Source: Thermoproteus sp.
Lineage (GTDB): Archaea; Thermoproteota; Thermoprotei; Thermoproteales; Thermoproteaceae
DNA: 64,000 nt
Direction of reading: 5' to 3'
Assembly (NCBI GenBank): GCA_049976425.1
Contig: JBMFIG010000001.1
Span: forward strand, 160,001-224,000
In this document: positions 57,313 through 64,000 of the stretch, piece after piece
How positions within the stretch are numbered: position 1 is the first letter of the stretch
How the letters are laid out: the number at the start of each line of letters is the position of its first letter
Notes under the pieces: model-generated
The model's database searches: none
Told to the model about the DNA's origin: nothing
The model's input: only the letters and a program-made list of their open reading frames with translations
Program-made: the position numbers and the translations under genes

Positions 57313-58622
57313 TGGAGGCGGACGCCCCTGGCGCCCAGCCTGTACTGGCGCCGCAACACCTTGGACATCCTCTTCATCGACTCGTAGACCTTCAACATGT
57401 CCTTCACGTCCTTGGGCGTCACGCCGGCGCCTATGGCTATACGCCTGATCCTGGAAGCGTTGAGTATGCTCGGGTCCCTCAACTCCTCCTCGGTCATGGA
57501 GCTCAAGATGGCGCGCCACCTCCTTAAATTCTTCTGGGAGAGCTCTATCTGCTCATCGCTTATCTTGGAGGCGAGCGTGCCGGGGAGGAGCTCGAGGACC
57601 TTGCTCAGAGGCCCGAGCTTCAACAAGGCGTCTATCTGCTTCTTGAAGGTGAGCAAGTCGAGCCGCCCGCTCTCAAGCTCCTCCAAGACCTCCTCCTCTT
57701 CGAACACCGCCTTGACGCGCTCCACCAAGGTCTCCAGATCGCCCATGCCCAACACCCTCGCCACGAACTTCCTGGGGCTGAAGGGCTCCATCTCGTCGAC
57801 GCCCTCGCCGACTCCGATGAACTTGACCCTAGCCCCTGTCTTGGCCACGGCCGCCAAGGCGCCTCCGCCTCTGGCGGTGCTGTCCATCTTGGTTATGGCG
57901 ACGCTGTGTATGGGCACGTACTTCATGAAGGCCTCCGCCTGCGCCGCGGCCTGGCGGCCGACGGTGGCGTCCACCACCAACATCACCTCGTCGGGCTTTA
58001 TGGCGTCGTAGATGGCCTTGACCTCCTCCAGCAACGACTGCTCGTTCCTGTGTCGGCCGGCCGTGTCCACGAGGACTAGATCCACGCCCTTCATCTGCTC
58101 TAGGCCGCGTCTGGCTATGCCCACCGCATCGTTGCCGTCCTTCTCGCCGTAGAAGCGGGCGCCCACTCTCTCCGCCAGTTGCTTTAGCTGGTCGTATGCA
58201 GCCGGCCTAATGGTGTCGGTCTCAATTACGCCGACCTTCAAGCCGCGTTTTATATAGAAAAGCGCTATCTTCGCCGCAGTGGTGGTCTTCCCGCTACCCT
58301 CTACCCCCAGCAACATGATCACGTACGGCCTCTTGGGGAGCTTTAGATCAGGCTCGGCCTCCCCGCCCAGGAGCTTGACCAGCTCTTGATATATGACATA
58401 GATCACGAAGTCCTTGACGGGTATGCCGGGCGGCGGCCTCTCCTCCTTTATGCGCCTAACTGCCGCGTCCGTGAACGCCTTGACCATATCCAGAGGCACG
58501 TCGGCCTTCAACAGAGATCTCTGGAGCTCTCGCGAGATCTCCTGGAGCGTCTGCTCGTCGATGTACTCGACGCCCCTTATCTTCTCGACAAGCTTCGAGA
58601 AGAGCTCGGTCAACGGCCTCAC
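57309..58622 (-). CDS. srp54: Signal recognition particle 54 kDa protein
   Basis: GSGKTTT, DTAGRH, TKMD..ARGGGAL and SRIRRIA.G motifs. Confidence 0.96.
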   Translation of the reverse strand: MRPLTELFSKLVEKIRGVEYIDEQTLQEISRELQRSLLKADVPLDMVKAFTDAAVRRIKEERPPPGIPVKDFVIYVIYQELVKLLGGEAEPDLKLPKRPYVIMLLGVEGSGKTTTAAKIALFYIKRGLKVGVIETDTIRPAAYDQLKQLAERVGARFYGEKDGNDAVGIARRGLEQMKGVDLVLVDTAGRHRNEQSLLEEVKAIYDAIKPDEVMLVVDATVGRQAAAQAEAFMKYVPIHSVAITKMDSTARGGGALAAVAKTGARVKFIGVGEGVDEMEPFSPRKFVARVLGMGDLETLVERVKAVFEEEEVLEELESGRLDLLTFKKQIDALLKLGPLSKVLELLPGTLASKISDEQIELSQKNLRRWRAILSSMTEEELRDPSILNASRIRRIAIGAGVTPKDVKDMLKVYESMKRMSKVLRRQYRLGARGVRLQ

Positions 58623-58658
58623 GGCTCGGTCAGGCGCCGGTATATATATTTATTACGA

Positions 58659-59420
58659 CTAGACGCGGCCCAGCAAGATCAACGTGGCGTAGGCGAGCAA
58701 CAGCGCCGACGTTATAGACGCCAGCGCCTTTATGAAGTCGACGATCCTTATGATCCTCATCCTCCTCGAGGCGGCCGAGCCGAGCAAGGTGCTGTAGGTC
58801 AAGAGGGTGAACGACATGGGGACGTTAAAGGCAGTGCCCACGGCGGCCAGGACGGCGGCAGACACGCTGGCCGCGACGGCTCCGCTGAACGAGAACGCGT
58901 AGAGCTTGACTATCCACCTGGAGAATCTGAGGCCTAGATAGTTGCCGAGCAGTATAGCCGCAACCACGTAGATGTTCTTGTCGACGAATGCTATGTTGTT
59001 TACGCCGAACATGAAGGACACGGCGGCTAGAACGACGTATCCCAACGCGAGGGAGGGCCTCACGAGCTTGGCCACGAGGTAGCCCACGGCGAACGCGAGC
59101 GCGGGCGTGCCGAACCACAGCAGCAATGACGTAGCTGTTAGGCCTCTGAGCGAGTATAGAAATACGGAGATCGGCAGGGAGATCTTCGCGGCCGTGAACG
59201 CGACGTAGAACAGAAGCGCCGCGAGGTATTCGGGCACGCTAAACTTAAGCGGCGACATGGGCGACAGGAACGTGCCCGCTATCTCGGATACCACTGCCAA
59301 TATCAACGCGCGATCCGGCTGGACGCCGCCCCACGCAGACGGGCCGAGGACCACCAAGGCGTTGTTGTAGACTAGGGCGAAGGCGAGCAACGAGGTCAGC
59401 AACTCGTCTAGCGCGGACAC
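58659..59420 (-). CDS. Divergent PiT-family phosphate/anion transporter-like membrane protein
   Basis: Degenerate repeated signatures (YNNA, GVNNIA) and P.S motifs. Confidence 0.55.
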   Translation of the reverse strand: MSALDELLTSLLAFALVYNNALVVLGPSAWGGVQPDRALILAVVSEIAGTFLSPMSPLKFSVPEYLAALLFYVAFTAAKISLPISVFLYSLRGLTATSLLLWFGTPALAFAVGYLVAKLVRPSLALGYVVLAAVSFMFGVNNIAFVDKNIYVVAAILLGNYLGLRFSRWIVKLYAFSFSGAVAASVSAAVLAAVGTAFNVPMSFTLLTYSTLLGSAASRRMRIIRIVDFIKALASITSALLLAYATLILLGRV

Positions 59421-59467
59421 CGGCCCTCGTCGTCCAATTGTTTTAAAGATTTCCTGAGGAGGGTTAT

Positions 59468-60142
59468 ATGGATCTCCCCAAGACTAAGGAGGAGCTGGCC
59501 CGGCTGATAGACCACACCATACTCAACCCGGCGGCTACCCCAAGAGACGTCGAGAGGTACTGCAGAGAGGTCTTGGAGCACGGCTTCTGGGGCGTGATGG
59601 TCAACCCGTCGTATGTCGCGTACGCCAAGAGCGTGATCGGGAACAGGGCTAAGGTCATGTCTGTCGTCGGCTTTCCATTCGGCGCCACTAAGCCTGCGTT
59701 GAAGGCGGCGGAGGCCGAAGCCGCCATGAACGACGGGGCCGACGAGGTGGACATGGTCATGAACATAGGCGCGTTTAAGGCGGGCCTCTACGAGGTCGTG
59801 GAGAGAGAGATAAGGGCTGTCGCCTCGATTGTGCACGACTACGGCGGCATCCTAAAGGTGATACTGGAGACCGGCTACCTAACGCCGGAGGAGATAGCCA
59901 AGGCGTCGTCGATAGCCGTGGAGGCCGGCGCCGACTTCGTCAAGACGAGCACGGGATACGGCCCCCGCGGGGCGACCGTAGAGGACGTCGAGATAATGAG
60001 GAGGACTGTCGGCGATAGGGCCGGCGTCAAGGCGGCGGGCGGCATCAGGACGGCGGAGCAAGCGTTGGCGATGATAAGGGCAGGCGCCAACAGGATAGGG
60101 TCCAGCCACGGAGTAGACATAATCAACACGTTCGTGCCCTAG
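59468..60142 (+). CDS. deoC: Deoxyribose-phosphate aldolase
   Basis: IDHT.L, VGFP.G, KVILE, FVKTSTG and KAAGGIR motifs. Confidence 0.95.
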   Translation: MDLPKTKEELARLIDHTILNPAATPRDVERYCREVLEHGFWGVMVNPSYVAYAKSVIGNRAKVMSVVGFPFGATKPALKAAEAEAAMNDGADEVDMVMNIGAFKAGLYEVVEREIRAVASIVHDYGGILKVILETGYLTPEEIAKASSIAVEAGADFVKTSTGYGPRGATVEDVEIMRRTVGDRAGVKAAGGIRTAEQALAMIRAGANRIGSSHGVDIINTFVP

Positions 60143-61095
60143 GCCGATTCTCCGCGTTCCAGGACGGAGACGTAGGCAGGCCTGTCGTCGTACAGCTTGG
60201 CGGTCCTCAAGGCCTTCGCCTCCGCGAGGTTCTGCGACTTCCGCCTAAGCGCGTCGGGGTCCTTGACCAGCTCCTGCCCTATGGGCGTCGGCCTTCCCCC
60301 GGCCATGTTGACGAAGGTGAAGTAGCCGCCGGCTACGCGCCTCTCCCCCCTCAGCCCCTTGGCCACCACCTCGAAGGCCACCTCGAGGCTCGTGTGGCCG
60401 ACGTAATCGACGTCGCTTCTGACAGCGATTATGTCGCCTACGTAGATCGGCCTCTTGAAATTTATCGAGTTCAAGCTCGCCGTCACGTAGATCCCCGGTC
60501 TATAGTTGAATGCCGATATCGCCGCTATTTGGTCCAGATAGTAGAGGAGCCTGCCGCCGTACATGAGATCGCCGTATACTGCGTCTTCCGGCATCACCTG
60601 GATGTGGGTCACTGCGGGGAGATCGCCGACGGCCGGCTCGCGCCTCAGCTCAAGCTCCACGGACTCCCTCCATCTGGAGAAATAGCCCCAGAGGGCCCTC
60701 TCCCAGTCCTTGGAGGCCTCCAGCGCCCTCCCGACGGGCGACGGCTTGTCGTCGGCCCCAATCTTCACGAATATCATCCTGGCTATGGTGGCCAGCGAGG
60801 GCCCCTCAGCCCTCTTCACGTAGGCCTCAACCAATGCCGTCATGCTGGATCTCCTAACGTGGACGATCCAGGCTTTGAACTTGACCACATCGCCTACCTT
60901 GACGGGGGAGACGAAGTGCATGCGGTCCAGGTAGCCCAAGACGACGTTGGACTCGGAGAAGTCCATGGCGGCTATAGTCCCGGCGTCTACCAGCCACTGG
61001 AGCATATAGCCTCCGTATAACGTCCCTATGGGGTTCACGTTGTGCGGGGTGACCAATCTGACCACCTCCACCTCGGTGTCGGAGATCGAGGTCAT
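60139..61095 (-). CDS. Double hotdog acyl-CoA thioesterase
   Basis: Two repeats, N..GTLYGG and YGDLMYGG. Confidence 0.85.
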   Translation of the reverse strand: MTSISDTEVEVVRLVTPHNVNPIGTLYGGYMLQWLVDAGTIAAMDFSESNVVLGYLDRMHFVSPVKVGDVVKFKAWIVHVRRSSMTALVEAYVKRAEGPSLATIARMIFVKIGADDKPSPVGRALEASKDWERALWGYFSRWRESVELELRREPAVGDLPAVTHIQVMPEDAVYGDLMYGGRLLYYLDQIAAISAFNYRPGIYVTASLNSINFKRPIYVGDIIAVRSDVDYVGHTSLEVAFEVVAKGLRGERRVAGGYFTFVNMAGGRPTPIGQELVKDPDALRRKSQNLAEAKALRTAKLYDDRPAYVSVLERGESA

Positions 61096-62174
61096 GCGAA
61101 CCCCTGGCCGGGCTCCAACACAGTGCCGGCGCCTACCCGGACGCCTCTGCCTATCAACGCGCCGAGCTTGTAAAGCTCGCGGCCTCTCACCTCTATGGGG
61201 CTCAGCCTATCTCTGCCCTCCCTCAACACCGATTTAGTCAAGACGTTGGGCTCCAGCACCGCGTCCTCCCCCACAACGCTGTAGGAGACGAAGGAGCCTC
61301 TGCCAACCGTGGCCCGCGGCCCCACGAGGCTGTGCGTTATCTCGGCCCCGCTCCCCACGACGGCGCCCTCCTCTATATCGGCGAAGTTCCTGATCAAGGC
61401 GTGGGTGCCCACGAAGGCCCGCCTGCCTATGTACGCCGGCCCCTTCACCACGGCGTAGTGATCTATCTCGGCCCCGCCGTCCACCACCACGGGCCCTTCG
61501 ATGACGGCGGTTGGGCTCACCTTGGCGTCCGCCGCTATGTATGTGGCGTTGGGCATGACGAGCTCCAAGGCCTCGATTAGATCCACCGGCTCCTCGACTC
61601 TGAACCACCTCCCTCCCCACACGGCGACGGCAATTCTAGCCTCCCTGGCGGCCTCGGCAAGCGCCTGGGGGAACCTCGCGCCTTCGAAGAGCCTGGCCAG
61701 ACGGCACGGGATCAGCAGAGCGCCTCCGTAGGCCAGTTGCCCCTCGCCGCCGATCCCGGCCAGCAATCCCCCCGACATGGCTACGGACAGACCGCCTCGG
61801 GCTCTCGAGGGCACCGCCAGAACCGCGCCGTCGGCCCCCGCGGCGGCGGCCGCCTCGACTAAGGCCCTCAACGCATCCTTCTCGGTTATCACGGAGCCCG
61901 ACGCCACAAGCAACTTGTCGTTGGCGGTGCACAGCTGGGCCGCAACCCTCACGACGTCCTCAGCCGAGTTACCGTCGACGTGGAGGACCTCGTGCCTCCC
62001 CTCCTCTACTGATTTAGAGGCGACGTAGACCTTGCCGAAGGTATCAGACAGGATATCGGCCGTGTATCGGTATAGGGGCCTCCCGCCCAGCTTAACCTCG
62101 GCTATGTAGCCGCCTGTGATGCTCTTGAAGAGTTCGCTGTACTCGTTCGCGGCCACTACCGGGACTATCATCAC
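61092..62174 (-). CDS. GlmU-like nucleotidyltransferase / left-handed beta-helix protein (degenerate N-domain)
   Basis: Hexapeptide repeats; no GxGTRL motif seen; coupled to glmS. Confidence 0.75.
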   Translation of the reverse strand: MMIVPVVAANEYSELFKSITGGYIAEVKLGGRPLYRYTADILSDTFGKVYVASKSVEEGRHEVLHVDGNSAEDVVRVAAQLCTANDKLLVASGSVITEKDALRALVEAAAAAGADGAVLAVPSRARGGLSVAMSGGLLAGIGGEGQLAYGGALLIPCRLARLFEGARFPQALAEAAREARIAVAVWGGRWFRVEEPVDLIEALELVMPNATYIAADAKVSPTAVIEGPVVVDGGAEIDHYAVVKGPAYIGRRAFVGTHALIRNFADIEEGAVVGSGAEITHSLVGPRATVGRGSFVSYSVVGEDAVLEPNVLTKSVLREGRDRLSPIEVRGRELYKLGALIGRGVRVGAGTVLEPGQGFA

Positions 62175-63976
62175 TCCACGGTGACCGTCTTGGCTAAATT
62201 ACGCGGCTTGTCTGGATCTCTGCCCAGCTCCACGGCTGTGTAGTACGCCAACAGCTGTAGCGGTATCACGAACGAGGCGGCGTTCAGTAACGGATCCAGG
62301 TGGGGCACCTCGAACACGTATTTGAGCTTCCTCGCCACGTCGTCGCCGCGCGGCGCGACGCCGACTATCAAAGCGTCCCTCGCCTGCATCTCCGCCACGT
62401 TGTTTAGGAGCTTGTCCTTAAGCGAGGGGTCGGAGAAGACGAACACTACGGGGAACTTGCTCTCGACCAGCGCTATTGGCCCGTGCTTGGACTCGCCGGC
62501 GGGATAAGCCTCGGCGTGTATGTACGCTATCTCCTTCATCTTCAAGGCCCCCTCGAGCGCGACCGGCATGCCGAGCCCTCTGCTTAGGTAGTACGCGCTT
62601 TGGCTGTTCTTCAGCCTCTCGGCGAGCGCCTTGGCGGACCCCTCGTTGAGCTCTATGGCCTTCCTCGCGACGTCGGGAAGCCTCTTCAAGCCCTCCACGC
62701 GGGGCTCCACGTCCATACCCAACGATCTGCCGATCTGGGCGTGGAGCGCGGCCAGGAGGGCCACCTGCGTGGTGAACGTCTTGGTGGCGGCCACCCCTAT
62801 CTCGGGTCCCGCCCTGGTGTAGAGCACAGCGTCGCTTTCCCTCGCCAACGTGCTCGCCACCACGTTGGTCACCGCCACCACCTTGACCCCTCTCTCCCTC
62901 ATGGACCGGGCGGCCTTTATTGTATCTATGGTCTCGCCCGACTGCGACACGGCTATGGCAACGTCGTCGACGTCGAAAAGCCCCTCGTACGTTGCGTACT
63001 CAGAGGAGATTATCGGAAGAGCCGCGATCTTGTACTCCGCAAGGCCCAGTTGGAAGACGAGCCCGGCGTAGTACGACGTCCCCGCGCCCACGACGTACAC
63101 CCTCTTGGCGTTCAGCAACATCTCGGCGACTTCCGACAGACGCCGTTGTTCGAGGCCGGCCACGGTGGAGGCTAGGGCCTCCGGCTGTTCGTGTATCTCC
63201 TTCAACATGAAATGCCGGTAGCCGCCTCTGAGCGCCTGGTCGGCGCTCCAAGGTATCAGGTGTACCCTATCCCCCACCTCCACCCTCACCCCGTCGTGCT
63301 CCACGACTACCTCGGCCGGGGTGATATAGCCGTACTCGCCGTCCTTCAGCGGGAGGACCTTCTTGGTGTGCTCAAGCACGGTCGGTATATCGCTGGCGAC
63401 TACGTTGAAGCCCTCGCCGAGGCCCACGATCAACGGCGAGAGGTTGCGGGCGAAGAAGATCTTGTCCGGCTCCTTGGAGTCCACGACGGCGAGGGCATAG
63501 GCCCCCCGCAACCGCGACAAGGCCTTCTTGAAGGCCTCCCAAGGGGTCATGCCTGCCTTCTCGTACTCCTCCATGAGGTGCGCGAAGACCTCTGTGTCGG
63601 TCTCGCTCCTGAACGCATGGCCCCTCGCGACTAGCTCGGCCTTCAGCTCCTCGTAGTTCTCGATTATGCCGTTGTGCACCACGGCGATAGAGCCGGTGCA
63701 ATCCACGTGCGGATGGGCGTTGATCTGGTTGGGCTTCCCGTGGGTAGCCCACCTAGTGTGAGCCACGCCGGTCCTCCCCCTTATCTGGTCGAAGCCCAGC
63801 CTGGCGGAGACCTCGGCCACCTTCCCTGCGTCCTTCCTGACGACGACGCCGCGAGGCGTCACCACAGCGATCCCGGCCGAGTCGTAACCCCTATACTCGA
63901 GCCTTTCCAAGGCTCTGCGTAGCAAGGCGCCGAGGGACACCTCGGCGTTGGTGGTTATGCCGAAGATGCCGCACAC
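62171..63976 (-). CDS. glmS: Glutamine-fructose-6-phosphate aminotransferase
   Basis: CGI, EYRGYDSAG, HTRWATHG, SQSGET and PRNLAKTVTVE motifs. Confidence 0.96.
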   Translation of the reverse strand: MCGIFGITTNAEVSLGALLRRALERLEYRGYDSAGIAVVTPRGVVVRKDAGKVAEVSARLGFDQIRGRTGVAHTRWATHGKPNQINAHPHVDCTGSIAVVHNGIIENYEELKAELVARGHAFRSETDTEVFAHLMEEYEKAGMTPWEAFKKALSRLRGAYALAVVDSKEPDKIFFARNLSPLIVGLGEGFNVVASDIPTVLEHTKKVLPLKDGEYGYITPAEVVVEHDGVRVEVGDRVHLIPWSADQALRGGYRHFMLKEIHEQPEALASTVAGLEQRRLSEVAEMLLNAKRVYVVGAGTSYYAGLVFQLGLAEYKIAALPIISSEYATYEGLFDVDDVAIAVSQSGETIDTIKAARSMRERGVKVVAVTNVVASTLARESDAVLYTRAGPEIGVAATKTFTTQVALLAALHAQIGRSLGMDVEPRVEGLKRLPDVARKAIELNEGSAKALAERLKNSQSAYYLSRGLGMPVALEGALKMKEIAYIHAEAYPAGESKHGPIALVESKFPVVFVFSDPSLKDKLLNNVAEMQARDALIVGVAPRGDDVARKLKYVFEVPHLDPLLNAASFVIPLQLLAYYTAVELGRDPDKPRNLAKTVTVE

Positions 63977-64000
63977 ACTAGCGTCGGGGCGGCGAGTATA

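Noticed and set aside
1-64000. CRISPR arrays, tRNA/rRNA genes, transposases or integrases
   Set aside because: I saw no spaced repeat arrays, T-loop/cloverleaf signatures or recombinase motifs on reading; almost all sequence is accounted for by CDSs.

Overview
GC-rich, gene-dense archaeal chromosomal segment. Gene content, short AT-rich TATA promoters and ATGA/GTGA gene overlaps point to a crenarchaeon of the Thermoproteales (Thermoproteus/Pyrobaculum-like; inference). About 65 CDSs; I saw no rRNA, tRNA, CRISPR array or transposase. Recognisable blocks: housekeeping and tRNA-modification genes (metG, uppS, MtaB-type, thiI, pus10/trmY-like, srp54, aIF-1A, glmS, deoC, folP, ribC, dcd); a sulfur-handling locus (frameshifted SQR, TusA, DsrE-like, two DUF1641-like, DsrC); and a large nitrogen-assimilation region (asnA, a glutamate synthase split over three genes, glnA, split glutamine-dependent NAD synthetase). 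The best candidate for an undescribed system is a five-gene co-oriented cluster at about 7990-10342. It encodes a tandem winged-helix protein, a small winged-helix protein with a PIP-box-like SLLDFL motif, another small putative DNA-binding protein, a tiny membrane protein and a translationally coupled MinD/ParA ATPase. This could be a chromosome-segregation or division-site module in a lineage lacking FtsZ and Cdv. Other signals: a palindrome shared by two promoters, a recurring TATAGGC motif in nitrogen-gene promoters, extreme intragenic AT patches, a NifX-His-methyltransferase fusion and a probable ATA start codon. All product calls come from motif recognition by eye; no searches were run.
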